Shown: piece by piece, positions 8,517 to 18,321 of the stretch | How the letters are laid out: the number at the start of each line of letters is the position of its first letter | Position numbering within the stretch: position 1 is the stretch's first letter | Origin: Candidatus Woesebacteria bacterium RIFCSPLOWO2_01_FULL_44_24b | GTDB lineage: Bacteria; Patescibacteriota; Microgenomatia; UBA8517 | Assembly (NCBI GenBank): GCA_001793235.1 | Contig: MGHM01000015.1 | Span: forward strand, 1-52,175 | DNA length: 52,175 nt | Reading direction: 5' to 3' | Made by a program: the position numbers and the translations under genes | The notes under the pieces: generated by a model | Databases searched by the model: none | What the model was told of the DNA's origin: nothing | What the model saw: the letters and a program-made list of their open reading frames with translations, nothing else

Positions 8517-10429
8517 AATTGTTTAATTTACCCACAAAGAAGGCTAACGGGAAGGTTCCGGTGGTTCAGACTGTCAAAATTACCGATCCTAATTTAGAGG
8601 ATTATTTTGGTTACCCTATTGCCAAGCCGCAAAAACCACTTTTTACCTACCCCATCGACACCCTTGAAGAAGAAGCCATGGACCCGGCGAGTGTTGTCGC
8701 CCCAGAGCGGATGGAAGTTAACTTTGATTACATTAAAGTAAATGATATTTATTTCAGAACCCTGTATGTCTCGGGTTATCCCAGGTTCGTCTCCCCCGGG
8801 TGGCTCAACCCCATTATTAATTTTGACCACAGTCTCGATATTACCTTTTTCATCTACCCGGTTGAGGGCCAAGCGATTTTAGGCGAACTCAGGCGCAAAA
8901 TCACCGAGATGGAAGCGGAGCTGTCAACCGACATTCAAAGAGGTAAAATAGTAAACCCCGGAACCGAGGCTAAGCTGGAGGACGCAAAGATGCTTCAAGA
9001 CCTTTTGGTCAAGGGTGCTGAGCGCTTTTTTCAATTTTCCTTCTACATAACAATCCCCGCCGTCAACGAGGAGGAGCTTAACTCTGTGACTAAAAGAGTC
9101 GAGTCTACACTTGGTTCGATTTTGATTTCAGCTAAACACGCGGCTCTGGACATGGAAAAGGCTTTCTTGTCCGCGGCACCATTTGCCCGCGATACACTTT
9201 TGGTCAGCCGCAACATGGACACAACCTCCTTGGCCACCACATTCCCCTTTACCACCGCGGAGCTCTCAAGCGACCGTGGTGTTTTATATGGAATCAACTC
9301 CCAAAACGACTCATTTATTATCTTTGACCGCTTTGAATTAGAGAACGGGAATATGTGTGTATTCGCTACTTCAGGCGCTGGAAAAAGTTTTTTTGTAAAA
9401 CTTGAAAGCGTCCGCTCCCTTATGCTTGGCACAGAAGTCATCGTTATAGACCCTGAGAACGAGTATAAGGCCCTTGCGGAGGCTGTTGGCGGGGAGTACA
9501 TCGTCTTCTCCGCTTCCGCCCCCTCTAAAATCAATCCGTTTGATTTAAGCCAGATATATGTCGAAGGCGAAGACCAGCTGGGCCTAAAAATCTTGACCCT
9601 TCATTCGCTTTTTAAAATTGTCATGGGGGCAATATCGCCTTCCCAGGAAGCGATGCTAGACCGCGCGCTCATTAACGCCTACCGGGCAAAGGGAATAAAC
9701 CAGGACCCGGCGACCCAAAAACTTGAGCCGCCCTTGATTGAAGACCTTTACAAAGCTTTAATCGGAATGGAGACAGAAGACGCGCTTGACCTGGCTGCAA
9801 GAATTGAAAAGTTTGTTAAGGGCAGCTATGTAGGTGTTTTTGACCAGCAGACCAATATTAATATCAGAAATCCCTACACTGTGTTTTCTGTTCGCGACGT
9901 TGAAGATGCAATTCGGCCAGTAGTCATGTTTATGATTCTAGACTTTATCTGGACTAAAGTCAGGCGCGACATCAAAAGGAGGCTCCTTGTTGTTGACGAG
10001 GCCTGGCACATGATGAAATACCAGGATTCCGCCCAATTTATGTGGTCTATTGCCAAGCGCGCGAGGAAGTACTATTTGGGCCTGACCACAATTACTCAGG
10101 ACGTGGAGGACTTTCTGAATCATGATATCGGCAAAGCCGTGGTCACAAACGCGGCCATGAGGTTACTACTCAAACAATCACCCGCAGCAATTGATAAAAT
10201 TAGCGAGGTCTTCTATCTATCTCAAGGTGAGCGACAATTACTCCTTGCCGCGGATGTAGGTGAGGGCATACTTTTTGCAGGACCACACCATGCCCCTATT
10301 CGGGTTGTCGCCTCCCCTGAGGAATACACTTTTGTGACTACCAAACCCCAGGAAGTGATGCAGATGAAGGCCGCGGCACCTATTGTTGCCGGTGAACAAG
10401 TCGCCGTTGCTTCTGCTAATATTAAGTAG
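8513..10429 (+). CDS. virB4: VirB4-like T4SS ATPase
   Basis: Walker A ATSGAGKS, VIDPENEY, INPFDL, Walker B LLVVDEAW, RARKY...ITQDVEDF. Confidence 0.92.
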   Translation: MKLFNLPTKKANGKVPVVQTVKITDPNLEDYFGYPIAKPQKPLFTYPIDTLEEEAMDPASVVAPERMEVNFDYIKVNDIYFRTLYVSGYPRFVSPGWLNPIINFDHSLDITFFIYPVEGQAILGELRRKITEMEAELSTDIQRGKIVNPGTEAKLEDAKMLQDLLVKGAERFFQFSFYITIPAVNEEELNSVTKRVESTLGSILISAKHAALDMEKAFLSAAPFARDTLLVSRNMDTTSLATTFPFTTAELSSDRGVLYGINSQNDSFIIFDRFELENGNMCVFATSGAGKSFFVKLESVRSLMLGTEVIVIDPENEYKALAEAVGGEYIVFSASAPSKINPFDLSQIYVEGEDQLGLKILTLHSLFKIVMGAISPSQEAMLDRALINAYRAKGINQDPATQKLEPPLIEDLYKALIGMETEDALDLAARIEKFVKGSYVGVFDQQTNINIRNPYTVFSVRDVEDAIRPVVMFMILDFIWTKVRRDIKRRLLVVDEAWHMMKYQDSAQFMWSIAKRARKYYLGLTTITQDVEDFLNHDIGKAVVTNAAMRLLLKQSPAAIDKISEVFYLSQGERQLLLAADVGEGILFAGPHHAPIRVVASPEEYTFVTTKPQEVMQMKAAAPIVAGEQVAVASANIK

Positions 10430-10431
10430 GT

Positions 10432-11319
10432 ATGGCCGGACCAAGAGACATCCTTCGAAGCATAGATAATACAGGGAGAGACGCTTTTCGCGCAGCTGGT
10501 AGGTGGGCTGGAAGAGCGCTTGGTAACTTGATTGCGCCAGTTATTGGAGGTGCCGCTGCAGGAGCCATTGGTGACGCAATTGGGAGAATAGCTTATAGAA
10601 CTATGCAAATTTTTGCAGCCGCTCTAGCTGCAAATTTCATATTGACGATAGTTGTTGCGGCTATTCTGGTAGTCTTTACAGCTTTTGCTCTTTTTATTAT
10701 AAACTCCGGTGCCTACATTGTGCCGCCTTCTACCGGGACATTTTCAGATCAAGGGCCGGGGTTGTCGGCCACGGAGCTGTGTTTTAACTTTACAGGTTTT
10801 CCCGAAAACATTCTCCAGACTGAGGTTGCCGCGGCCCAAACAATTGCTCAAGCAGAAAACTATGTGGCTGCGTTGTGTAGCCAAGGCCCCATAACAGTAC
10901 GCTACAGCTCAACTCCGTCACCTGCGGGTTTTTGCGGACAAGTTTTAAGTAGCAGCAATATTGTTATTTTTAATTGCGGGACAGGAAACCTTGGAAATAC
11001 TTTATACACACTTGCCCACGAATCCGGGCATATACACCAGTTTAGAAGCACGATAGATAGCGCATATTATCAAAGTTCTGCCTTGTCTTCTGAGGGTTTT
11101 GTGTGCACATATCCGTATAACAATTCAATCTATGAATCTTATGCAGAACTAATTGCCTTGTATATCGGCGGGCCCAATCCTCCAGCTGGTTTTGCAGTAG
11201 GCGCAAGCGGCACGAATAGAATCAATTCGTGTTGGCCAGGTGGCAACTTTCAAACAGGAATGCCTGAGACTTGGCAGTTTGCCAGAGATTCAATATTCCT
11301 GGAAGATCTGGAGTGGTAA
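10432..11319 (+). CDS. Membrane-anchored putative zinc metallopeptidase
   Basis: Gly/Ala-rich N-terminus plus a TM helix; HESGH (HExxH) followed by ESYAE; six Cys in the extracellular part. Confidence 0.55.
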   Translation: MAGPRDILRSIDNTGRDAFRAAGRWAGRALGNLIAPVIGGAAAGAIGDAIGRIAYRTMQIFAAALAANFILTIVVAAILVVFTAFALFIINSGAYIVPPSTGTFSDQGPGLSATELCFNFTGFPENILQTEVAAAQTIAQAENYVAALCSQGPITVRYSSTPSPAGFCGQVLSSSNIVIFNCGTGNLGNTLYTLAHESGHIHQFRSTIDSAYYQSSALSSEGFVCTYPYNNSIYESYAELIALYIGGPNPPAGFAVGASGTNRINSCWPGGNFQTGMPETWQFARDSIFLEDLEW

Positions 11320-11328
11320 AATTAAACA

Positions 11329-11889
11329 ATGAAAAATCTTTTGACTAATAAAAAATCTTTACTAATTCTGTTCGTTCTAATTTTTTTAGTGGTTGTGTGG
11401 ATTTTATTAAAACCCGGCAGACAGGAAGTTGCACCAACCCCTTCGACTCCGGCAGTAAATTCCTGGGGAAGCCTTCTCCCTGGTGCAAGTGTATTTGAAG
11501 ATGTAAATGAACAACTGGGCGAGCCTGTTAAGCAAAAAGACGACATGTACGAATACACTTCTAGAAACCCAAATATAAATAATGAGGTTCTGTTTGAAAA
11601 TAAAGTTGCGGTTCTAATAAAACGCATTACTGTGATTGAAGACAATATTCAAGCAAAAGTTTTATTTAGCCAATACGGCTCAGACTACACAACACTCTAT
11701 AGCGACAGAAGTACGGGCGGAGATAACCTCTATGTCTATCTAAGCAAGGGATTGGCATTTATTGGCAATCCGATAGACAATAGTGTTTTGGAAATATGGT
11801 ACTTCAAACCTGTGTCGGCAATTGAAGAATTTATTTCTAAGTATGCTCCTGGTTTTACTACCGATTTTTCTGACATACATACCTTTTAA
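11329..11889 (+). CDS. Hypothetical membrane-anchored exported protein
   Basis: N-terminal TM, Pro-rich linker, PGASVFEDVNEQLGEP motif reminiscent of SmpA/BamE/BLIP-type repeats. Confidence 0.7.
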   Translation: MKNLLTNKKSLLILFVLIFLVVVWILLKPGRQEVAPTPSTPAVNSWGSLLPGASVFEDVNEQLGEPVKQKDDMYEYTSRNPNINNEVLFENKVAVLIKRITVIEDNIQAKVLFSQYGSDYTTLYSDRSTGGDNLYVYLSKGLAFIGNPIDNSVLEIWYFKPVSAIEEFISKYAPGFTTDFSDIHTF

Positions 11890-12977
11890 CTCTTCACAGG
11901 CATAATCAAATGAAGATAGTTCTCGTCTGAAGCATCTAAAAATACTCCCGGGGATGTTGTGCTATTAAACTTCATAACCACACTCTCCCCTTTTGCCACG
12001 TTTAGAAACTCTTCTATAAAGCGATAATTGTATGGAATGTCAAGCTCCGGCCCATCCACTTTTGCGGCAATTGAACTCTCCTGGCTCCCCGCTCGCGCGC
12101 TTTCAGCGCTTATTTTTAGAGTATCTTCGCCGATATGTAGTATTATCACATTGGCCGCCTCACGGGCAAAAACAGAAGCGGTTTTAATAGCGGCCGCAAA
12201 ATCCGCCTTGGATACGTTTGTGTTAATACTTGAGCTTGTAGGAATTATTTTTTCAAACGGCGGGTACTCCCCCTCCACGAGCCTACTTGAAATAACCACG
12301 TCATCCAAAGCAAACAAGACCTGCCGCTCGCTCTCGCTTACCTCCATGGAAACTTTTTTAGCATCTGCCGCGATTCGGACAAGCTCGGTCAAGATGTTTT
12401 TGGGAAGAATTAATTTTGCAGCCTTCATCCCCTTCATGTTAACTGTCTTTTTCGAGAGCCGAAAACCATCCGAGGCCACCAGAGAAAGCGAATGCTCGCT
12501 AAAAATAAAAAGCACCCCGGCCAAGGCTGGCCTTGAGGCTTCAGTTGAGCACGAAAAAATAGTGCTCCCTACTGCCTCGAGAAAATCAGTCTTAGGAAGG
12601 GCAACGCTTTCTTTAAGAGCAGAAGGAACAACGGGAAAGTCCGACGTGTTTAGCCCTGCCAAACTTCCTTTAAAACCCTCGGCCTCTATTTTCAAAGTCT
12701 CGCCTTCCGAAGAAAGTGTAATTTTATCGCTCCTAAGACTCCCCACCAGATCAACCAATATTCTTGAGGGGACTGCAACCTCACCCTCACTTTCCACTTG
12801 AGCACCGATTGACGCTACGCAAGACATTTCAAGGTTTGTGGCGGCAATGCTTAGCTTACTGCTTTGGGCTGCGAGTTTTATGTTAGTAAGTATCGGGAGC
12901 TGTGCGCGGCTTGAGACAAAGCGGGATGAATGGGAAAGTATTTTTGTCAAATCCTTTTGTAGGACTGTAATCTTCAT
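11886..12977 (-). CDS. dnaN: DNA polymerase III beta sliding clamp
   Basis: LSIAATNLE, VASDGFRLS, RLVEGEYPPFEKIIP, YNYRFIEEFL, HLIMPV. Confidence 0.97.
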   Translation of the reverse strand: MKITVLQKDLTKILSHSSRFVSSRAQLPILTNIKLAAQSSKLSIAATNLEMSCVASIGAQVESEGEVAVPSRILVDLVGSLRSDKITLSSEGETLKIEAEGFKGSLAGLNTSDFPVVPSALKESVALPKTDFLEAVGSTIFSCSTEASRPALAGVLFIFSEHSLSLVASDGFRLSKKTVNMKGMKAAKLILPKNILTELVRIAADAKKVSMEVSESERQVLFALDDVVISSRLVEGEYPPFEKIIPTSSSINTNVSKADFAAAIKTASVFAREAANVIILHIGEDTLKISAESARAGSQESSIAAKVDGPELDIPYNYRFIEEFLNVAKGESVVMKFNSTTSPGVFLDASDENYLHLIMPVKS

Positions 12978-13176
12978 CTTGGTCGAATTATATATTAAAA
13001 ATAGTAGTACTAGTAGTAGACACCGTGGATAAGTGGATATGCTCCCAATTTGCGCTCAAGACCCACTGTTGATAAGTACTGGATAAGTCTGTTTCTACTA
13101 TAGTAATTATTGTTTATAAGTGGAAAACGTTAAATGCACTTGGGTGGTTATCCACGTATTGTATTTTTTATCCGCG
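12978..13176. other. oriC: Replication origin oriC between dnaA and dnaN
   Basis: DnaA-box-like 9-mers at 13024-13032 (rc TTATCCACG), 13032-13040, 13067-13075 (rc TTATCAACA), 13078-13086, 13111-13119, 13119-13127, 13148-13156 (TTATCCACG) and 13168-13176; TAG trio array at 13002-13019; AT-rich stretch at 12986-13001. Confidence 0.88.
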
Positions 13177-14524
13177 AAATATCCCCACGCGTGCCCTCGT
13201 CCATCGAGGCCATTTGCGCAATTTTATCCACACCATGAAGGACAGTCGAGTGGTCCCGCCCCCCCACCAACCTTCCGACTTCCTCCAGAGGGAGGTTGTA
13301 CTCAACTCGAAGAATGTACATAAGCATCTGTCTCGGCCGGGCAAATATTCTTGAGCGCCCTTTGCCGAGTAGCGCGCGTCTGCCTATTGCATACTGACTA
13401 CAAACCGCGTCTATGAGTTGCTCGGGGGTCGCCCGCTCCCTTTTTTCTTCTTCAATTTTTTTACCCAAAAGCGAGTTTACAAAGTCAAGGTCAACGGGCT
13501 TGTTTTTTATTTTTGCCTCAGACATGAGGCGCGTCAAAAACCCCTCCACTTTTCTGGCCGAGTCGATGTTTCCTGCAATGGTTTGGACCAAAGATTCTTC
13601 GAGGCCCAAGCCTTTTTGTTGTGCCTTGATTTGGACTATTGCACAGCGGAGCTCAAAGTCGGGCGGTGCAATGTCAACAATTAGCCCCGCCTCAAAGCGG
13701 CTTTTTAGGCGCTCCTCGAGCTTTACTATTTCACTTGGGGGCTTGTCCGAAGTCATAATGATTTGACCGCCCCCCCCGACCACTGCATTAAAAGTGTGGA
13801 AGAACTCCTGTTGAACCGACTCTTTGCCCGCAATAAATTGAATATCGTCAACAAAAAGCGCTTGGAGTTTCCGATACTTTCCCCGGAAAGCTTGGGTGGT
13901 TTTGTTTCTTATGCCCTCGACAATGTCGTTGGTGAAGTCCTCGCCTGTAACCGCCAAGATTTTTTCAACCCCGCGGCCAAGCAGCCGGTGGCCGACGGCG
14001 TGCATCAAATGGGTTTTGCCCACCCCCACCCCACCCCAGATAAAAAGCGGATTGTATGCCGCTCCCGGCTCGCGTGCTACGGCCTCGGCAGCTGCGTGGG
14101 CCATCTGGTTTGTGGTAGACACCGCGAAGTTTTCAAAAGTAAAGCCCGGCCGCACTTGTACCCTTGCAATTTTTTGCATGAGTATCTCCCCCTCTTCTTC
14201 TTTTTCAAACAAGGGAGTTGGCTGCGATGTTTTTGTGGGCATAAAAGCACTTTTGACACTGAAAGTAAGGTCGCACGGGAAGCCGATTGTTTTTGCCATT
14301 GAGTCCTGAACCAGCCCAAAATAGCGCTCCTCTACCGTGTTTTTAACAAAGCTTGAAGCACAGCCTATTTCGGCCATATACCGGCCTTCGTCGAGCTTCC
14401 GAAGTGAAGCCAAGTGGGTGTGAACCAGCCATGTGTTGTAGGTTGCCGAGGAAACTGCGACACGGACACTTGCGAGTACTTCATGCCAAACTTGGTCTTT
14501 GTCTGGTTTTTGCATTGCTTGCAT
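13148..14524 (-). CDS. dnaA: Chromosomal replication initiator DnaA (start 14524 or 14515; the longer ORF-track start overlaps rpmH)
   Basis: [53 protein letters not shown]. Confidence 0.97.
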   Translation of the reverse strand: MQAMQKPDKDQVWHEVLASVRVAVSSATYNTWLVHTHLASLRKLDEGRYMAEIGCASSFVKNTVEERYFGLVQDSMAKTIGFPCDLTFSVKSAFMPTKTSQPTPLFEKEEEGEILMQKIARVQVRPGFTFENFAVSTTNQMAHAAAEAVAREPGAAYNPLFIWGGVGVGKTHLMHAVGHRLLGRGVEKILAVTGEDFTNDIVEGIRNKTTQAFRGKYRKLQALFVDDIQFIAGKESVQQEFFHTFNAVVGGGGQIIMTSDKPPSEIVKLEERLKSRFEAGLIVDIAPPDFELRCAIVQIKAQQKGLGLEESLVQTIAGNIDSARKVEGFLTRLMSEAKIKNKPVDLDFVNSLLGKKIEEEKRERATPEQLIDAVCSQYAIGRRALLGKGRSRIFARPRQMLMYILRVEYNLPLEEVGRLVGGRDHSTVLHGVDKIAQMASMDEGTRGDISRIKNTIRG

Positions 14525-14534
14525 ACTAGAAAAG

Positions 14535-14580
14535 TTATCCACAAAACTCAACCCACAAAATACACGAAATGTGCTATACT
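14535..14580 (+). promoter_or_regulatory. Perfect DnaA box in the dnaA/rpmH divergent spacer and rpmH extended -10
   Basis: TTATCCACA at 14535-14543; TGCTATACT at 14572-14580, 7 nt before the rpmH ATG. Confidence 0.75.
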
Positions 14581-14587
14581 TTTCCAA

Positions 14588-14728
14588 ATGGCCACCAAAA
14601 GAACTTACCAACCAAGCAAAACCCGGAGAAAAAGAAGACTGGGATTTAGGGCTAAGATGGCGACCAAAGGTGGCCGTAAAGTGCTTCAAAGGCGACGGGC
14701 CCGAGGACGCAGAATTCTTTCTGTCTGA
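14588..14728 (+). CDS. rpmH: 50S ribosomal protein L34
   Basis: [46 protein letters not shown]. Confidence 0.96.
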   Translation: MATKRTYQPSKTRRKRRLGFRAKMATKGGRKVLQRRRARGRRILSV

Positions 14729-14729
14729 A

Positions 14730-15074
14730 ATGTTTTCACTCGACAACCGGCTCAAAAAAGACGAGGACTTTAAACGCGTTAAAGCCAAAGGCCGTGTGGT
14801 TCAGGGCTCCTCTTTTGCACTTGCTTTGCATTATCGGGGAGACAGCGATCCTTCCCGTTTTGGCTTTGTTATTACTAAAAGCGCCGTAAAGAACGCTTCC
14901 AAAAGAAACATGATAAAAAGAGCATTGTCCGAGTCTCTCAGGCAAAACATTGCCTACGTCAAAGATGGTTATGACGGTGTATTTTTGGTTAAGCCCGCGG
15001 GGGCCACGAAATACATGGCCGAGCTCATGTTGGAGGTAAAGCTTGTCGCCGAAAAAGCAAAACTATTTAAATAA
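14730..15074 (+). CDS. rnpA: Ribonuclease P protein component
   Basis: [33 protein letters not shown] (RNR-like motif); synteny. Confidence 0.93.
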   Translation: MFSLDNRLKKDEDFKRVKAKGRVVQGSSFALALHYRGDSDPSRFGFVITKSAVKNASKRNMIKRALSESLRQNIAYVKDGYDGVFLVKPAGATKYMAELMLEVKLVAEKAKLFK

Positions 15075-15292
15075 TGCTTACTTTATACAAAAATACTCTT
15101 TCGTTTCTTTTTAAGATTCTCTTTGGTGGTGGCTGCCGGCACTTCCCCAGTTGCTCCGAATATGCCGCGGAGGCTATTTCCATCCATGGAATTTTAAAAG
15201 GGTCAATCCTTTCAGTAAGGCGGCTTGCACGCTGTCACCCTCGGGGAACCCATGGATTTGACCCGGTGCCCCCAAGGCTCCATAATAACTAG
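15074..15292 (+). CDS. yidD: Membrane protein insertion efficiency factor YidD
   Basis: [11 protein letters not shown]...RLARCHP...GFDPVP. Confidence 0.93.
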   Translation: MLTLYKNTLSFLFKILFGGGCRHFPSCSEYAAEAISIHGILKGSILSVRRLARCHPRGTHGFDPVPPRLHNN

Positions 15293-15296
15293 GTTT

Positions 15297-16124
15297 ATGG
15301 ATATTTTTACCACTCTCCTAACCCAGCCTTTGGCCAACGGACTTGTTTTGGTTTATAAGATTCTAGGCAACATGGGGCTTGCCATTTTGGTTTTCTCTAT
15401 TCTCCTTCGGGTGGTCTTGACCCCCCTTACCCGCCCGTACATGGAGTCAATGAAGAAGATGCGCTCTTACTCCAAAGAACTAAATAAGTTAAAAGAAAGA
15501 CACAAAGGTGACCGTGCAAAAGCAGCGCAAGCCCAAGCAGACTTTTATAAAGAAAAGGGTATAAGCCCAACAGCTGGCTGTTTGCCATATCTTCTACAGA
15601 TAGCGGTTTTAATTTTCTTGTTTAGACTTTTTACCGCTGTTTTTGCCAACGGCGGGGGAGTTTCCGAAAACTTCAATCATTTTTTATATGAGCCTTTGAA
15701 ATTTGCCCAAGGCGAAGAAGTTAACACTAGATTTCTTTATTTGGATATAACCAAGCCGGACAAGCTAAATGAGCTCTTTGGGCTGGGCGACTCAGGGCTT
15801 CCTATACCGGGGATATTTTTGCTCTTGGCCAGCGCCATGCAGTTTTTGTCAGCCAAGATTTCTGTTCCTTATGTTGAAGCGGAGGCTAAGGCTGCAAAAA
15901 AGACGAAAGGAAAAAGCGACGACTTTCAGGTTGCCATGCAGAGTTCAATGATTTACACCTTTCCATTGATTACGATCCTGATCGGAATTTCCTTTCCAAG
16001 CTCCCTTGCTCTATATTGGTTGGCCTTTTCCGCATTTCAAGTGGTCCAGCAGTACATGGCAACCGGCTGGGGCGGTGCCACTCCATGGGTCACGAAACTT
16101 AAGTCCCTTGCAAAGCGAGGTTGA
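15297..16124 (+). CDS. yidC: YidC/Oxa1 membrane insertase (short, Gram-positive type)
   Basis: GLAILVFSILLR, FYKEKGISPTAGCLP, LALYW; synteny; ATG at 15297. Confidence 0.93.
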   Translation: MDIFTTLLTQPLANGLVLVYKILGNMGLAILVFSILLRVVLTPLTRPYMESMKKMRSYSKELNKLKERHKGDRAKAAQAQADFYKEKGISPTAGCLPYLLQIAVLIFLFRLFTAVFANGGGVSENFNHFLYEPLKFAQGEEVNTRFLYLDITKPDKLNELFGLGDSGLPIPGIFLLLASAMQFLSAKISVPYVEAEAKAAKKTKGKSDDFQVAMQSSMIYTFPLITILIGISFPSSLALYWLAFSAFQVVQQYMATGWGGATPWVTKLKSLAKRG

Positions 16125-16172
16125 GTCCATATACAATACGCTTGAGACGTACCGTCTGGTACATCTTTTGTC

Positions 16173-16628
16173 ATGGAGAAAGATATCAAGAATTTTATAG
16201 ATGAACTTCTTGTCAAAGTTGGTTCCGATGCAGAAGTTGAAGTCAGCACCGAGGAGCAAGAAGGGGAGAAAGTTTACAAGGTGCTTATTGAGTCTCCCCG
16301 TGAAGCGGGGCTTTTAATTGGCGCGCATGGTGCGACCCTTCATGCTATTCAGTCTTTTTTGGCAATGGCGGTAAAGCAAAAAACGGGCGAGTGGGTGAGA
16401 ATCGTGGTTGATATCGGCGACTGGCGCCAGAAAGCGGAAGCGCACCTGACGAGTCTTGCTATGGCCGCAGCCGAGCGGGCCCGGGCAACCGGAGAAGCTC
16501 AGCCTTTGTATAACCTGACCCCATCCGAGCGCAGGGTCGTGCACTTGGCTCTTGCCGAAGAGAAAGGGATAACAACAGAGTCAGAGGGCGAGGGGGCAGC
16601 GAGATATTTAGTGGTAAAGCCGGCGTGA
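16173..16628 (+). CDS. jag: Jag/EloR/KhpB RNA-binding protein (KH + R3H)
   Basis: LLIGAHGATLHAIQ (KH), ERRVVH (R3H), GEGAARY. Confidence 0.9.
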   Translation: MEKDIKNFIDELLVKVGSDAEVEVSTEEQEGEKVYKVLIESPREAGLLIGAHGATLHAIQSFLAMAVKQKTGEWVRIVVDIGDWRQKAEAHLTSLAMAAAERARATGEAQPLYNLTPSERRVVHLALAEEKGITTESEGEGAARYLVVKPA

Positions 16629-17782
16629 AGCTTCTTTTTAGTATCTTTATCCTACTTCTTCCAACACAACTTGCTTATCATTTCTGGCCGGACTTTGCCT
16701 TTGTTTATGGTGTAAGGGTAGACTATTTTTCACCGACGATTTATGCGACCGAACTCCTTTGGCTTTTAATTTTTGCCTTGTGGATTATTAAAGACAAAAG
16801 CGCTGTCCGCAAAATTTTATCAAAATGGCGGGCACTCGTCGTTTTGTTAGTTCTGGCAATAGTTAATATTTTCTTTTCAAGTATTCCAGAAGTATGTGCC
16901 TTTAAGTGGTTAAGAGTGGGGGAGTTTCTAAGTCTTTATTTTTTTATAAAAAATCAAAAAGACATTGTTCAGTCCATTAAAGTGCCTCTGGTAGTGTCTT
17001 TGTTTCTTACACTGCTTTTGGCCATCACCCAAATCATAAAAGGCGGGAGCCATGGCGGAATTTTGTATTGGCTGGGGGAGCGGTCTTTTTCAACAAACAC
17101 TCCAGGTATTGCACTTTTTAATTTTTTGGGCACTGAAATGCTTCGCCCGTATGCCACTTTCGGCCACCCCAATGTGCTGGCCGGGTTTTCGTTAATAGCA
17201 TTCTTTTTGTTTATAAAAAAAAGGGGTTTCCTCGCGCGGACAATTGTTTTGATTTCGGCAATTTCAGTTTTTATATCCGTTTCACAAAACGCCTGGCTGG
17301 CACTTTTTCTCACCCCTGTTGTTTATATTTTCTCAAATAAAATTAAAAACGGACTGGCGAAATTTGTGCGCCTTGCGGCAGTCACTTCACTGTTTCTTAC
17401 TTTACCAAATGCCACTCACGCACCGCGGGAAATTATTGAGCGGATGGAGCTTAACGAAATTGCCGGAAACATTATTTCTCAAAGACCTGTTTTTGGCATC
17501 GGTCTAGGGGATTTTGTAAGCCAATTGCCCACTACCTCAAGCCTTAGATCAATCTGGTTTCTCCAGCCAGTCCACAACGTCTTCCTTTTGGTTGCTGCAG
17601 AAACCGGATTGGTGGGGCTCCTCTTTTTTGTTTATTTTCTCGGGAAAAACACGAACGCCAAAAATGCACTGCCGGTTATTGCCATGGTCTTGACCGGTTT
17701 GTTTGACCACTATTGGATTAGTGGTTTTCAGACCATGATGCTTGCTGCAATAGTTTTGGCAATTGGTTACAATAAGCAATGA
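16625..17782 (+). CDS. O-antigen ligase-family membrane protein
   Basis: Multi-TM; RPYATFGHPNVLAGF, SQNAW, FGIGLG, PVHNVFLLVAAETG. Confidence 0.85.
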   Translation: MKLLFSIFILLLPTQLAYHFWPDFAFVYGVRVDYFSPTIYATELLWLLIFALWIIKDKSAVRKILSKWRALVVLLVLAIVNIFFSSIPEVCAFKWLRVGEFLSLYFFIKNQKDIVQSIKVPLVVSLFLTLLLAITQIIKGGSHGGILYWLGERSFSTNTPGIALFNFLGTEMLRPYATFGHPNVLAGFSLIAFFLFIKKRGFLARTIVLISAISVFISVSQNAWLALFLTPVVYIFSNKIKNGLAKFVRLAAVTSLFLTLPNATHAPREIIERMELNEIAGNIISQRPVFGIGLGDFVSQLPTTSSLRSIWFLQPVHNVFLLVAAETGLVGLLFFVYFLGKNTNAKNALPVIAMVLTGLFDHYWISGFQTMMLAAIVLAIGYNKQ

Positions 17783-18186
17783 AAGTAATGAAAATATTTT
17801 GTGATGGGGGAGCAAGAGGGAACCCCGGGCCCGCAGCAGCAGCGTTTGTGGCATATGACTCGGCGGGGAAACTCATACACAAAGCTTCAAGATTTTTGGG
17901 GAACGCCACAAACAATGTCGCCGAGTACGAGGCCTTGATTATGGCGCTTGACTGGCTTACCGAGAACCAAAAAGGAGCGGTCGAGATAATACTTGATTCA
18001 GAACTGGTTACCAAGCAAATGCGAGGGGAATATAAAATAAAAAATGCCGCTCTCCAAGTCTCGGCGGGAAGGGCCAAAGCACTTGAGAAAAATTTAGCAC
18101 ACAAGCATATATACAGGCATATGGTGCGCGCGGGAAACACAGAGGCTGACTTCTTGGTAAACGAAACCCTGGACCAAAACTTATAG
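17779..18186 (+). CDS. rnhA: Ribonuclease HI
   Basis: CDGGARGNPG, TNNVAEYEAL, LDSELV, NTEAD (D-E-D-D catalytic set). Confidence 0.92.
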   Translation: MKVMKIFCDGGARGNPGPAAAAFVAYDSAGKLIHKASRFLGNATNNVAEYEALIMALDWLTENQKGAVEIILDSELVTKQMRGEYKIKNAALQVSAGRAKALEKNLAHKHIYRHMVRAGNTEADFLVNETLDQNL

Positions 18187-18321
18187 CTTTGTAAGACGTG
18201 GAATATACGGGATTTTCTGATGTAATCAGTTTGGGTTGTCAGGTATTTATTACTTTCTTGTTATAGGGTGCTTCCCACTTCTGGCGGTTGGCCGGATAGA
18301 CTCCAAGCAGTATTATTAAAT

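Noticed and set aside
1416-11889. Complete integrative conjugative element
   Set aside because: No relaxase, VirD4, integrase or att direct repeats visible; cannot be excluded beyond the left edge.
12028-12801. 257-aa plus-strand ORF
   Set aside because: Antisense shadow of dnaN; Ser-rich composition typical of shadow frames.
14525-14788. N-terminal extension of DnaA in the ORF track (and extensions of the rpmH and rnpA frames)
   Set aside because: Overlaps rpmH/rnpA and the DnaA box; homologous sequence begins at the internal ATGs.
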